A stretch of 63,605 nt of DNA, filler included, from Chiloscyllium plagiosum (taxonomy: Eukaryota), in NCBI RefSeq assembly GCF_004010195.1. It is 4 parts of one record of this genome, joined end to end, with 100 filler letters (N's around TTAATTAATTAA, not from the genome) between each part and the next. Parts side by side here need not be neighbours in the genome. Positions count along the whole stretch, not along the records: positions 1 to 24,443 come from NC_057715.1; positions 24,544 to 43,487 come from NC_057715.1; 2 more parts are not named here. One strand, given 5' to 3'. The notes under the pieces were generated by a model. The model saw nothing but the letters and a program-made list of their open reading frames with translations. It was not told the DNA's origin and searched no databases. Position 1 is the stretch's first letter, and every line of letters starts with the position of its first letter. The translations under genes were made by a program, and so were the position numbers. This document shows positions 12,767 to 26,360 of the stretch, in pieces.

Positions 12767-14525
12767 CTAACCGGAATGGAGGTGTTGCTTAGTCCCGTGT
12801 GAATCTTCTTATCTGTATGTAACCAGAATGGAATGTGTTTTTTAGCCTTGCTCTGCTGTTCACATGAATGTTTATATCTGGAAAAGAGTATATCAGCTGG
12901 AAAAGTCTCCAGTTCGGTGAGTCTGCTCCGGGGTTGCGTTTAACCGCCGAGCGTGGGTTGTTGGCAACCGCTCTACGAGAACTGACGGCTCCCAGTTCCG
13001 GTAACATGTAGAGTGAGTATAAGCCAGACCCGTTGTAAGTATGAGACCTGGTTGTGGCGACGCTGCGAGGAATAAAATGCTCATATTCTAGCAGACTCGC
13101 CTCTTGGTCGTTTGTTCTGTGTCAGACTACTCTCCTACGAACCTGACCTTGAGAATTTTTTTAAAACAGTATATAAGGTAATGAGTGGAATAGATAGAGT
13201 CAATAGCCAGAGACTTTTCCCCAGGGCAGGATTGACTGGTACGAAGAGTCATAGTTTGAAGATATTAGGAGGAAGGTATAAAGGAAATGTCAGAGGTAGG
13301 TTCTTTACACAAAGAGTTGTGAATGTATGGAATGCGTTGCCAGCGGTGGTGGTGGAAGCAGAGTCATTGGGGATAGCAGTGAGTTGAGGGGTACGTAGGT
13401 TAAGTTAGTATATTTTACATTAGGATTAAACCTCAACACAACATCGTGGGCCAAATGGCCTGTTCTGTGCTGTACGTTTCTATGTTCTAATACTGTTTGC
13501 TCTCTAACAATTCTTATATTTTGACTGGTCGGCAAGTTAAAATTGCTTCCACATTTCTGAAACAAGTCAACATGCACCCATCATTTTGTCAATGTGCAAT
13601 TATAAACTGTTGGAACGTGACTAATCCTGGTGGACCTATTCTGATGGGAGATTCTGTGAAATCTTGGCCTGCTATTGCAGTATCGAACTGTTTCACTTCA
13701 GAAAGGTGGTTGACCATCCAGGACTGGCTTGGAATCTTCCAATGCCCAGTTTTTGTTCATATCAGACCAAAGACTTGGACAGAAAACTCCAGAATCTGAG
13801 ACAGAGTCCACTCTGACTATTTTCTGTGACATATTTTGCAATGTCACTTTGGTCGCATTCCTCTGATTGCATATTTATTCTTAGGCGTCTGCCTCAAGTT
13901 GCCTTTCCTTCAATCACCGATGCTCTCTTTTGACTTTTAATTTTAAACTAGACTGTGTCTTCGCCGTGTCTCCATGATGCCTTGTTCCCACATGGAACAG
14001 GAAGCAGCAGGAGGTAATGATGCTCCTTTGAAGAGCCAGTACTGACACAATGGGCCAAGCGTCCTCCATCTGAGGTGTAACGATTCTGTGATGATAGAGT
14101 GCGGGATCGGTGAAAATGCAACATTAGGGATATCCTTGACATCACACGGTGAAACCCACATGTACAAGGAGCAGAAAAGATGCCATCGATGGAGACTAAC
14201 CAATGATTTGCTCCATGGAATCATAGAATCCCTACAGTGTAGGAGCAGGTTATTTGGCCCATCGACCCTCTGAAGAGCATCCCGTGCATACCCACCCCCA
14301 CCCTATTCCTGCAACCTTGCAATTCCCATGCCTAATCCACCTAACCTGCACATCCCAGGACACTATGGGGCAATTTAGCATGGGCAATCCACCTAACCTG
14401 CACATCTTTGGTCTCACCAGTGTGAAGTCAACTTCAGTGGTGCATGGTGCTCTGAAGAAGGGTTCTGGATCAGTGGTGCTGGAAAAGCACAGCAGTTCAG
14501 GCAGCATCCGAGGAGCAGTAAAATC

Positions 14526-14553
14526 GACGTTTCGGGCAAAAGCCCTTCATCAG
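14526..14553 (-). ncRNA. Minimal hammerhead ribozyme core (GUC family)
   Basis: Reverse complement reads CUGAUGA-A-GGGC-UUUU-GCCC-GAAA-CGUC. Confidence 0.72.
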
Positions 14554-15558
14554 GAATAGAGGCAGAGAGCCTGAAGGGTGGAGAGAAGGGTTACTGGCCC
14601 CGAAACATTAACTCTCATTTCTTTTCACAGATGCTATCAGGTCTGCTGAGCTTTTCCAGCAGCTTCTGTTTTGGTTCAATGGTGAATGGATGGTTAAATA
14701 TAGAGAGTTTGGATTTTTTTTAAAACTCAGCAGTCACCATGAAGCATATGAGAAATGAAATGTATTTTTTTCCAAATGCCAAGGCTCAATCTTTACACAA
14801 GATCGACTGTTATTTGAATAATTACGGTATATTTTCTTCCTCAGCCTTGCAAGGCCAACCGTTTTCTCAAAGCTTTGGTTAAAGGATATCACATCAAAGC
14901 TATCATGAGTCACCATATCCCTTAGATATAGGAGCAGAATTAGGCCATTCGGCTCATCAGGTCTGCTCCACCATTCTCCTGCCTTCTCCGCATATCCTTG
15001 GTCTCTTTACTAATCAAGAGCCTGTCCATCTCTGTCTTAAATACACTCAATGACTTGGCTTACAATGGGTTAAGCAAGATTTTGAAACGCTCATATTTTC
15101 CAACAATTGTTTTTCACTAAATCACTAAAAATGTCAAGGCTCCTCCCTCCAGCTTGCACCAGATGTTGGCAGACTCATGCTACAGAGATCATTGAGTAAC
15201 ATTCGAACAGATCCTCCTACTCCCTGTGGAGGTGCAGCAATCCAGTTTCTCCTTCAGATTTCACTCTCCCCCCCCATCCCACTCCGTCCCACGCCCACGC
15301 CCCCACAATCCCAGGTCACTAACAGGATCATGTTTTATTTTCAAAGTCAATAGAACACAGATGCCAGCAAGAAAGAGAGACGGGGAGATACAAGAAACGA
15401 CAGAGACAGGCAGGGAGACAGGAAGAAAGAGACAGAGACAGATAGAGAGAAACATAAACAGAAATTGCTAGTGAAACTCAGCAGCGCAGGTCGCATCTGT
15501 GGAGAGAAAGCAGAGTTAATGTTTTGTGTCAAGTGACCCTTTATCAGAGAAGGAGAGA

Positions 15559-15560
<2 letters not shown>

Positions 15561-15590
<30 letters not shown>
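15561..15590. repeat. (AG)n microsatellite; another at 63580-63603
   Basis: Direct reading. Confidence 0.95.
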
Positions 15591-15594
<4 letters not shown>

Positions 15595-16550
15595 GAAAGA
15601 AATGTGTCTGATATATAAATATAATATGCTGCCTCACAGCACCAGGGACCTAGGTTTGATTCCACCCTCAGGTGACTGTCTATGTGGAGTTTGTATGTTT
15701 GCCCTGTGTCTGCATGGGTTCCTTGAGAGCATTGGTTTCTTTCTGACAGTCCAGAGATATGCAGGTTAGGTGGATTGGCCATGCTAAATTGTCACATAGT
15801 GTGCAGGCTAGGTGGGTTAGCGATGAGAAAGGCTGCGCTAAGAGATGGGTCTGGGTGGGATGCTCTTTGGAGGGTTGGTACGGGCCAAATGGTCTGCTTC
15901 CACATTGTAGGGATTCTATGTATACAATATATTAGATAGAGAGAGAGATAAGCAGGCAGGGAGCACATGTGGGAGGGACAGTGGAGAAACAATTAGAACT
16001 GAAGTGCAGTCAATAAATAAAACCAAAGATTTTTTAGATTTTAGATTAGATTAGATTTTTAGATTAGAGTTTGCATTTTTAAAGCACCCGAGTGCTATCA
16101 AGTGCATGATTGGAATTTAGCGAAGAATTGGGTGAAGTGAGATGTAAAATTGGGGTCGAGAATAAGAGGCCGAATGGAGGAGAGTTAAATCTTTCACTTG
16201 TTACTTATATTTATATCTTAGTACTTAAGAAGTATATAGATGTACATTGTGATGCCAAGGCATACAAGGCTATTGGTCAAATGCTGGAAAATGAATTAGA
16301 ATAGTTAGGTGGTTGTTTTTTTTTACCAGCACAGACACAACGGGCTGAAGGGCCTATTTCTGTGATGTAGATCGCAATGACTCTATGAAATGGGCTGATG
16401 GGCAAGGTTGCTTCAATTGTGGCAAATACTCCCCAAAGCCTGTCCACCATCTACAAATCACAGCCAGGAGGGTGATGGAATACTCCCCACTTGCCTGGAT
16501 GGGTACAGCTCCAACAACACTCAAGAAGCTCGACACCATCCAGGACAAAG

Positions 16551-17186
16551 TATCACAAAGGTCCTCCCATTTTTCTAAAAGCTGTTCCTTTTCTCAAGGA
16601 TACCGTGCCCTTGATTTTTTTTCAGATGGGTCGTAAATGGGCTGAGCTCCAATCAGTCTGGTTTTGTAGAGAGATGAAAAGGATTTTGAGAGGCCTTTTG
16701 TTTATATGTAAACAGATGAGACTTCAGGCCAAAGTGGTCATGTTTTAGAAGTGACCTGTATAATGAAAGGGGAGTGATCAGCTCTCTAGCTGAGCAGTTC
16801 AGTCCAGAACTAGTTGGGAGTTCAGCAGTGGACTGTGTGAACAGGCTCTCTCTCTTTCTGCCCTTCTAACTTCAACCTGTAAGCATTTGTTCCTTTTTTA
16901 TTGTGTTTTAAAGGGGTTTGCTTATTGGGAATGTTATGTATGTTCAGAACAGCATAATTAAGTCTCGTTTGGATAGACTGAATTCTGTTGGGGTTCTTTA
17001 TTCTATTCTTTGTTTTTCATTGTGTAATTTTGTGAATAAATTTGTGTCTGTTTTAAAACCTGGTAGTCAACCTAGCTCACTTGCTCCGGGTAATTCTCAC
17101 TGTCCACTTACCAAAACAAATTGCCAAGTTATGATCTGGGCTGCCTGCTTAAGGATGTTTTGAGTAGTCTGGCCTAGTCCATAACA
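16551..17186 (+). mobile_element. Probable solo LTR (Gypsy-like)
   Basis: Begins tatcaca (decayed TGTCACA), has AATAAA at 17035 and ends ccataaCA. Together with the adjacent SINE it splits a CR1-like fragment (caggacaaag | cagcccgtttgattggcacc). Confidence 0.6.
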
Positions 17187-18384
17187 ACGACTGTCTGTGT
17201 GGAGTTTGCACATTCTCCCAATGTTTGCGTGGGTTTCCTCTGGGTGCTCCAGTTTCCTCCCACAATCCAAAGATGTGCAGGTCAGGTGAATTGGCCATAC
17301 TAAATTGCCCATAGTGATAGATGCATTAGTCAGGATAAATATAGGCGAGGGGAATGGGTCTGGGTGGGTTAATCTTCGGAGGGTCAGTGTGGACTTGTTG
17401 GGCCGAAGGGCCTGTTTCCATACTGTAGGGAATCTTATCTAATCTAAAAGCAGCCCGTTTGATTGGCACCACATTCACAAGCATCCACTCTGTCCACCAC
17501 TGTTACTTAATTGCAGCAGTGTGTACTATGTACAAGATGCACAGCAGAAATTCACCAAAGATCTTCAAATAGCACCTTCCAAACCCATGACCACTTCCAT
17601 CTAGAAGGACCAGGACAGCAGATACATGGGAACATGACCACCTGCAAGTTCCCCTCCAAGCGACACACCATCCTGATTTGCAAGTATATATCACCGTCCC
17701 TTCGCAGTCGTTGGATCAAAATCCTGGAACTTCATCCTGAATAACACTGTGGGCCTACCTACAGCACGTGAACCGCAGCAGTTGAAAAAGGCAGCTCACC
17801 ACCACCTTCTCAAGGGCAACTAGGGATGGGCAATAAATGCTGGCCCAGCCTGTGATGTTCACATCCCATTTTTTAAAAAAACTAGCATCTAATGAAGAGG
17901 CCATGGAAAGGCGGGGCTCTGCAATGATGAAAATGTCAGGACGAAGCCTGTAGGAATAGGCCCCACCAGAGCTGGCAACCCACAAAGTTCAATGGCTGAC
18001 CTGACTGATCCCAAAGGAAAAGGGACACATTTAAACACAGCTCATTGGCAAAACGTTAGCAACACCGTCATCACTGGAGCAACTCTGTTAGAAGAATTTG
18101 TACCCCATGAGGTTAATGCATCTCCTTTACAGACATTTGGCTACATCTTTTATACTTTGTTCGACTAAAGCCAAAGAATTCTTTGCCAGGTTACTTTGGC
18201 AGCGACGCAATGAGGCACTTTTGGGTCAGGTTTGCTTTGTAAACAGATCATAAAAAGGCCAATTTCCTCTCTCTTTGTACCCTCTCCCATTTGAAGCTAA
18301 TGATTCCTTGGTGGGACGATCTTCCTCAGCCCTCCTTTTTAGTACCACCAAGGTGCGGACAATGGTTTTGAGAGAGGAATAAGT

Positions 18385-19640
18385 TGATTAGTGATAACAC
18401 GGTTTTGTGAAGGGCAGGTCGTGCCTCATAAACCTTATTGAGTTTTTTGAAAAGGCGATCAAACAGGTGGATGAGGTAAAGCGGTTGATGTAGTGTGCAT
18501 GGTTTTCAGTAAGGTGTATAAAAAGATTCCCCATGGTAGGCTATTGCACAAAATACAGAGACATGGGATTGAGGATGATTTAGCAGTTTGGATCAGAAAT
18601 TGGCTAGCTGAAAGAAGACTGTGGGTGGTGGTTGATGGGAAATAGTCATCCTGGAGTTCAATTACTAGTGGCATACTGCAAGGAACTGTTTTGGGGCCAC
18701 TGCTGTTTATTATTTTTATAAATAACCTGGATGAGGGCAAAGAAGGATGGGTTAGTAAATTTGCAGATGATACTAAGGTCGGTGGAGTTGTGGATAGTGC
18801 TGAAAGATGTTGCAGGTTACAGAGGGACATAGATAAAATGCAGGGCTGGGCTGAGAGGTGGCAAATGGAGTTTAATGCGGAAAAATGTGAGGTGATTCAC
18901 TTTGGAAGAGTAACCGGAATGCAAAGTACCGGGCTAATGGTAAGATTCTTGGTAGTGTAGATGAGCAGAGAGATCTCAGTGTCCATGTACATAGATCCCT
19001 GAAAGCTGCCACGCAGGTTAATAGGGTTGTTAAGAAGGTACACGGTGTGCTAGCTTTTATTGGTAGAGAGATTGAGTTTCGGAGCCACAAGGTCATGCTG
19101 CAGCTCTACAAAGCTCTGGTGTGGCCGCACTTGGAGTATTGCGTACAGTTCTGGTCACCGCTTTATAGAAAGGATGTGGAAGCTTTGGAAAGGGTTCCGA
19201 TGAGATTTACTAGGATGTTGCCTGATATGTATGGAAGATCTTATGAGAAAATGCTGAAGGAATTGAGGCTGTTTTCGTTGGAGAGAAGAAGGTTGAGGTG
19301 TGACTTAGTTGAGAAATGTCAGATAATCAGAAGGCTAGGTAGGGTGGACAGGGAGAGCCTTTTTCCTCAGATGGCAATGGATAGCAAGAGGGGACACAGC
19401 TTTAAATTGAGGGGTGATAGATACAGGACAGATGTCAGAGGTAGTTTCTTTACTCAGAGTAGTCGGAGCGTGGAACGCACTGCCTGCAAAAGTAGTAGAC
19501 TTGCCAAATTTAAAGGCATTTAAATGGGAATTGGGTAAACATATAGATGAAAATGGAATAGTGTAGGTTAGATGGGCTTCAGATTGGTTTGACAGGTCAG
19601 GTCTGAAAGGCCTGTACATTGCTGTAATGTTCTACGTTAA
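18385..19640 (+). mobile_element. CR1 LINE, 5'-truncated
   Basis: GPLLFIIFINNLDEG...SKFADDTKVGG and HLEYCVQFWSP, continuing to the 3' UTR. Confidence 0.93.
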
Positions 19641-22600
19641 CAGCGAGTGGTGAAGGCCTCTTGGCTGCACAAGGCACAGGGAGGCGGAGTTTGCCCTTGT
19701 TCACCTTAAAGAAAGGGACTTACATTTTTAGAGCATTTCCCAGGATACCTAATGCCCCCCACCCCCCCACTCCCCCCCGCCTCACTGAAGACCACTCAGT
19801 AACCAGTAAAAAGTGGTCATTGTTATCCCAGAGAGAAGGTGCTGGCCCATTTTCACGCAGCAATGGCAGAGTGACAAAGATAGAATCCCTTCAGTGTGGA
19901 AACAGGCCCTTTGGCCCAACAAGTCCATACCAACCCTCCGAAGAGTAACCTACCTAGACCCAATCCCCTACTACTCTACGTTTACCCCAGACTAATGCAC
20001 CTAACCTACACACCATTGGACACTAATGGGCAATTGGCATGGCCAATCCACCCTGACCTGCTCATCTTTGGACTGTGGGAGGAAACCGGAGCACCCGGAG
20101 GAAACCCACGCAGACACGGGAAGAACATGCAAACTCCACACAGACAGTCGCCCGAGGTGGGAATCAAACCCAGGTACCCAGTGCTATAGCCCCATGGGCT
20201 TCACTTTGGAGAGTACAGGGATCCCGAGATGTAACAGGGCAGGGTGGGGTAGGGATGGGCTAAGCTGAACAGGAATCTGAAAGCTCCTGCACTTCTGTGC
20301 AAGTAACAAGATAAACAAACAAAAGTCTGTACAGTCCAACGTCCAGGCACTGCCACTACTGAGCAAAACCCCCAGGACCTTGTCCTTCATACTCAGCCTC
20401 CTAAGTCTGCCCTTCTGTGTGTCTCCTTTAATCCATTACTCTGAAAACTGCCCGTGGTTGTGTTACCATGAAGATACCACAATCCTTACTCAGTGGTTAA
20501 GTATGGCGGAAGTCACAAGACTGGAGTCTGGTCAAACTCACTTTATTTACTGCCACTAGTTTCTGGAGCATTCCCTGAACAGAAAGAACACTTCACTTCG
20601 CTCTCAAATGGAAACAGTCAAGAGAACAGCCAAGAATGGAAGGTGTAAAAGCAAAACAATTCAGTTTCCTGGCTCCCAACATGAATTGGCCCCGTGCTGA
20701 GGGAGCTGAGAAACAGCAACAAAACTAATCAATAGTGTCTCTCCACAAGCAACACCTCACGCTCCTCCTTGATGGTGAGCAGGGAGAAATACAACTCCAA
20801 ATAAAAGATCAGCCACACGATTGGGATTTCATCTCTAGCGGAGATTTAGTGGGCTATTTGGTGTCAGGACCTTGTGAGTTGAAATCTCACTCTAGACCGT
20901 TAAGCACGCAGTCCAGTTGACACAACAGTTCAGACAGACTGCTACGAAAAGGAGGAACAGGAGGAGGTCATTCAGCCCCTTAAGCTCAGACTACATTGTT
21001 TTATAGATAAACATGGGGCGTGGCTGGGCCAGCATGTGTAACCCATCCACAATTGTGCTGAGCATCTTTCTTTTCTTGAATCACTGCAGTCCATGGGCTG
21101 TACGTTGACCCAAAATGTCCTTAGGGAGGGAATTCTGGGTTTTTGACTCAGTGACAGTGACAGTGAGGGAACAGTGATATATTTTGGTTTAAGGTGGGAA
21201 GGGAAAGATTTAAAAGGGACCTAAGGGGCAACTTTTTTTCCCATACAGAGGGTGGTGTGTGTTTGGAATGAATTGCCAGAGGAAGTGGTCGATGCAGGTA
21301 CAGTTACAACATTTAAAAGACATTTGGACAGGTACATGAACAGGAAAGGTTTACTGGGATATACAGGCACATGGGACTATTTTAGCCTGGAAAACCTGGT
21401 CGGCATGGATTAGTTGGACCGAAGGGGCTATTTCCATGCTGTACGACTCATTGACTGTATGTGAGTGGCTCAGAGGGGAACTTGCAGATGGTGGTGTTTC
21501 CACATATCTACTGCCCTTGTCCTTCACAGTCCTTCATACTTTTTAATTAAGCATAGTCTTGGTAGCAATGAGGATACCTAGAATATAATGCTTCAATTCA
21601 TGAAGTCCCAAGCTATTCCCATTCTAGCCCATATAACATTATCAGATTGGATGCTGCCACTCCTTTCAGAACCATCACCTTCTGCAACATCTCCAGACCC
21701 ACAAGAACATGATTGACTCTTAACTGCCCCCTGAAATGGCCGAATGAGAGGCTCAAGGGCAATTAGGGATGGGCAACAGATTCCGGTCTTGCCAGCAACA
21801 ACCACATCCCAATAAAAACCATCCTCACAACTGAACCTTTGTGACACAAGGGAACATTGCAGTGTATCTGTGCTTCAGACTTGGAGTGAATGGCCTACTT
21901 CTGCTCCTGCGTCTTGTGGTCTTCTCCTTCTCAAAGGCTAGTCTATCCATTTCTACAGATAGGGACTGATGGGAGCTTTTAAACTATTTAACAAGAACAA
22001 AAAGCACACCTCCACACACTCACTCGGGCACACACACAGACACAAATTTCAAATTAGGTCAGTCAGCTGGGGAGGCATGTGAGTTGTAAATTCCCACGGA
22101 TTGGATTTGCACCAAATGTTACAAACTGTACAAGAGTAAAAGAAAGAAAAACAACCCCAGCAGCCAACACTGTGCTGGAATACTCAAAATACTCCACGTT
22201 GACTAAACAGACCTGAAGTACTGTGTACTATTAGACCTACTGAGTTTCTCCAGAATTTGTTGTGGGTTTTTTTTTCTGATTTCAAGCATCCGCAGTATTT
22301 GGCTTTGTGATGAAAAATATAAGATCCGGAGAGTGTTTGACAGGTGGATGCTGACCAGACAATTTCCCCCAGTGGGGGATGTAGACAAGCAGATACAGTT
22401 TCACCACACGGGCCTGAGGAGGGAATTCTTCACTCAGAGAGTCATTGGTCTGTGGAACTGTCTTCTGCAGATTGCATTGGATACTGGAGGGTCACTGAAT
22501 TTAGTTCAGACTGAATTTGACAGATTTTTGTCTGGCCATAGAGTCAAGGAATTTGAGGAACAGGCAAGAAAATGGTGTTATGATCACAAGCAGAATAGCC

Positions 22601-23142
22601 AAGAAGTTAGTGAATGAAGGATACGGCTCAGTGGGCGACTCCTGTTCCTTATATTCTTATAGGCAACTAACTCTTCAGCTTTAAGCCAATTAATGAATAG
22701 GATCAAGAGCCCATCAAATCTGCACTGGCATTCCATAAGACCATCTTCTACATCAACCCTATTTTTCCTTTGCTACACCTTTGTCCCCTTGTGTTCTACA
22801 ATATCTTAAACAAAGTTTTGAATAGACTCAGAATATCAAACATAAAAAATTTCTCCCCGTCTCAGCCTCAAATAACTGATCCTTTCTCCCAAGGCATTGG
22901 TCCCTGGCTCTAGACCCTCCAATGAGAAAGTAGCCTCTCACTGACTACCCTGTCCAGCTCTTTATGAATTGTTTTGTTTTACTTTTTAACAAAGAGATCA
23001 GCTTCTCATTTTTCTCAACTCCAGGGGGTACAAAATGATAGAATGGAACTATCCAGCACAGGAGGTGGCCTTTGGCCCATCAATTCGGTGTTGACTCTTT
23101 CGAAGAGTGACCGACTTCCCTCCTCTTTCTCCATAGATCATT

Positions 23143-23452
23143 TAGATTAGATTACTTACAGTGTGGAAACAGGCCCTTCGACCCAACAAGTCCACACCGC
23201 CCCGCCGAAGCGCAACCCACCCATACCCTTACATGTACCCCTTACCTAACACTACAGGCAATTTAGCATGGCCAATTCACCTAACCTGCACATCTTTGGA
23301 GTGTGGGAGGAAACCGGAGCACCCGGAGGAAACCCACACAGACACGGGGAGAACGTGCAAACTCCACACGGTCAGTCGCCTGAGGCGGGAATTGAACCCG
23401 AGTCTCTGGCGCTGTGAGGCAGCAGAGCTAACCACTGTGCCACCGTGCCGCC
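23143..23452 (-). mobile_element. HE1-type V-SINE, young full-length copy
   Basis: Complete head, core and tail with CpGs retained. Further copies at approximately 4541-4815+, 14220-14410-, 15628-15920+, 17187-17445+, 19880-20185-, 24905-25215-, 26425-26727-, 38862-39188+, 42558-42850+, 50268-50360-, 58613-59358-, 59911-60184+ and 61185-61470+. Confidence 0.92.
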
Positions 23453-23960
23453 CATTATTTCAACAATTCATCTAATTCCATTTGAAAGTCAATTTCAGAA
23501 CTGTGTCCTGTACCACCAAGTCCAAGTCCATCAACTGCATCCAAAAACAATTGCAGTGGGACAGGTACTGAACGTTTACATGTCCAGATTTTTTTTTCCC
23601 GAATAAGGATATGCAACAAATCCTGACCTTGCCAGCAATGGCCATGTCTTAAAAAAAATTCTTGTGTGAGCATTTCTAATCAGTCTAAAACTTTCCCTAA
23701 TGGCCTTGAACTGAGTGACTTGCATGACCATTTAAGGGTCAGCTACATTGCTGTAGGTATGGAATAACATGTAGGCCAGACTGGGTAAGGGTGGCAGATT
23801 TCTTCCATTATAGGGAATTTGTGAGCAGGGTGGGTTTTTGCAAGAATCAAAGATAATTTTATGGCCATAATTGCTTATTCTAGTCACAGATTTATGAATG
23901 TAATTTAAATTCTATCAGAGCATTAGCCTCGGCCAGTCTGACTAATCACTGCATCACTAT

Positions 23961-24870
23961 ATGTATGTGGAGGAACAATGGCGGATATTTCTGTGTATAA
24001 TGCAGAAGATGCAGGATCAGTTCATTCCAAAAAGGAAGAAAGATCCTAGGAGGAGGCATGGGTCGCCGTGGCTGATGAGGGAAGTTAAGAAACATATTAA
24101 GTCAAAAGAGAAAAAGTACAACATAGCAAAGATAAGTGGGAAAACGGAGGACTGGGAAGCTTTTAAAGAACAACAGAGGATTACTAAGAAGGAAATACGC
24201 AGAGAAAAAATGAGGTACGAAGGTAAACTGGCCAATAATATAAAGGAGGATAGTAAAAGCTTTTTTAGGTATGTGAAAGGCAAAAAAATGGTTAAGACTA
24301 AAATTGGGCCCTTGAAGACAGAAACAGGGGAATATATTACGGGGAACAAAGAAATGGCAGAAGAATTGAATTGGTACTTCAGATCTGTGTTCACTGGGGA
24401 AGACACAAGCAATCTCCCTGAGGTAACAGTGGCTAAAGGACCTNNNNNNNNNNNNNNNNNNNNNNNNNNNNNNNNNNNNNNNNNNNNTTAATTAATTAAN
24501 NNNNNNNNNNNNNNNNNNNNNNNNNNNNNNNNNNNNNNNNNNNAGGAAACATGTTTCTGCTGATGGGTGAGTGCCGAACCAGAGGACACAGCTTAAATAT
24601 ATGGGGTAGACCATTTAGGACAGAGATGAGGAGAAACTTCTTCACCCAGAGAGTGGTGGCTGTGTGGAATGCTCTGCCCCAGAGGGCAGTGGAGGCCGAA
24701 TCTCTGGATTCATTTAAGAAAGAGTTGGATAGAGCTCTCGAGGATAGTGGAATCAAGGGTTATGGGGATAAGGCAAGAACAGGATACTGATTGAGGATGA
24801 TCAGCCATGATCATAATAAATGGTGGTGCAGGCTCGAAGGGCAGAATGGCCTACTCCTGCACCTAATGTC
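23961..24870 (+). mobile_element. Young CR1 LINE spanning the gap
   Basis: Open ORF2 tether region (PWLMREVKK...NIKEDSKSFFRYVK) left of the gap; ORF2 C-terminus (RNFFTQRVVAVWNALP) and 3' UTR right of it. Confidence 0.88.
24444..24543. other. Artificial 100-bp scaffold gap with TTAATTAATTAA spacer
   Basis: 44 N + TTAATTAATTAA (24488-24499) + 44 N. Confidence 0.98.
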
Positions 24871-26195
24871 GATTATCTGTTTCACAGCCATTTAACATAA
24901 AATAGATTCTCTACAGTATAGAAACAGGCCGTTCGGTCCAACAAGACCACACTGACTGTCTGAAGAGTAACCCACCCAGACCCATTCCCCTACCCTATAT
25001 TTACCCTGACTAATGCACCTAACACTATGGGCAATTTATCATGGCCAATTCACCCGACCTGCACATCTTTGGATTGTGGGAGGAAACCGGAGCACCCAGA
25101 AGAAACCCATGCAGACTTGGGGAGAATGTGCAAACTTCACACAGACAGTTGCCTAAGGCTAGAATCGAACGCGGATCCCTGGCGCTATAAGGAGCAGTCT
25201 AACCACTGAGCCACCCCTGTCTGCTATCTGCCCCGTGGTCACTTTTGCATCTTGTTTCTCATGCCCCATTCATTCCAAGGGGTTTAAATTTTGCTAACCA
25301 GGCTAATATGGTGCTTTAATGCAATTCATTTTACTGGTTCACACACATTACACAAACCTAGGGGTATTGTGGCGGAGTGGTAATGTCCCCACCACTGGAT
25401 CAGAAGATTTGGCTTCAATTCCCACCTGTGACAGAGATGTGTCCATAAGACATAGAAGCAGGAAGAGGCCATTCAGCCCATTGAATCTGCTCCATCATCC
25501 AATCAGATTGGCACTGACCTGATAACCCTCAACTCCACTTTCCTACCTTTTCCCCATAACTCTTGATTTCTTTCCGGATTAAAAATCGTTCTCAGCTTTA
25601 AATGTACTTTATGACCCAGGTTCAACAGCCCTCTATGATAAAGAATTCCACAGATTCACAGACAGAGAGAAGAAATTCCTCCTCGTCTCTGTCTTAAATA
25701 TGTGACCCTTTATTCTGAGATTATATCCTCTGATCCTAGACTCTTCCCCCAAGGGGAAACAACCTTTCTGTATGTACCTGTCAAGTCCCCAAAGAATCTT
25801 GCATGTTTCAATAAGGTCACCTCATGTTCTTCTGTATTACAATGAGTTCAGACCCAACCTTTGGTCATAAGACAGTCTCTCTATACCTCATGCCAACCTT
25901 CTCTGGACTGCCTCCAATGCCATTATACCATTGCTTATATATGGCACCCAAAATAGGACTCCAGCATAACAAACCCAAACAGGTTGGTCAAACATTATAA
26001 TCTTGCACAAGATGAACTGTTCTACATTGAAGGAGGGCACTCAAGTCAGTCAAAAATAATTAGTCCTTAATTCCTAATTGCCCCAGGCTCAGTAGTTTCC
26101 ACTAATGAGCCCATTGGTTTTAGTCAAGTCAGCAAATAGTACTCTCCGTATTCCAGCAACAACAGCCTCTGGAAGGAAAACAGAAAACGACTTAC

Positions 26196-26360
26196 AGTTG
26201 GGCGTTTCCAGCGGACATTGGACAGCAGTGCCGTTGTACAGAATAGAGATTCATCATCGGCAATGAACAAAGGGTCTTCAAACAGCTGGTTGCGCTGTTG
26301 GCACTCCCTCTTCAGGTTATAGAAATCCTGGTTTCCATAAGGCTTCACTGAGTCAAACAT
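26196..26360 (-). CDS. CAPN5: Calpain-5-like protease, first coding exon (55 codons; exon begins at 26369 with 9 nt of 5'UTR)
   Basis: MFDSVKPYGNQDFYNLKRECQQRNQLFEDPLFIADDESLFCTTALLSNVRWKRPT resembles the CAPN5 N-terminus (MFSCVKPYEDQNY...LFEDPLFPA.DDSLY...VRWKRP). Acceptor tgttgcag| at 26370-26371 and phase-0 donor ACT|gtaagt at 26195. Lies downstream of ACER3 on the same strand. Confidence 0.88.

Larger units (their letters stand above)
12297..13168 (+). mobile_element. Putative LTR of a retrovirus-like/Gypsy element; left boundary uncertain (12216, 12297 or 12504)
   Basis: Candidate TG start after purine-rich agcggagga, TATA-like gtataag at ~13017, AATAAA at 13071, and ...ttaaaaCA at 13168 where CR1 sequence resumes. 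CpG-rich relative to the flanks. Confidence 0.55.

Noticed and set aside
23380..23452. tRNA genes at box A/box B motifs
   Set aside because: All are SINE heads continuing into the V core, with no complete cloverleaf or terminator.
24488..24499. TTAATTAATTAA motif recurring three times
   Set aside because: Always centred in 44N+12+44N blocks, so it is a scaffolding spacer rather than biology.
1..26195. Nested OMP gene, which lies in a CAPN5 intron in other vertebrates
   Set aside because: No ORF in the track resembles OMP; it may lie outside the window or be absent.
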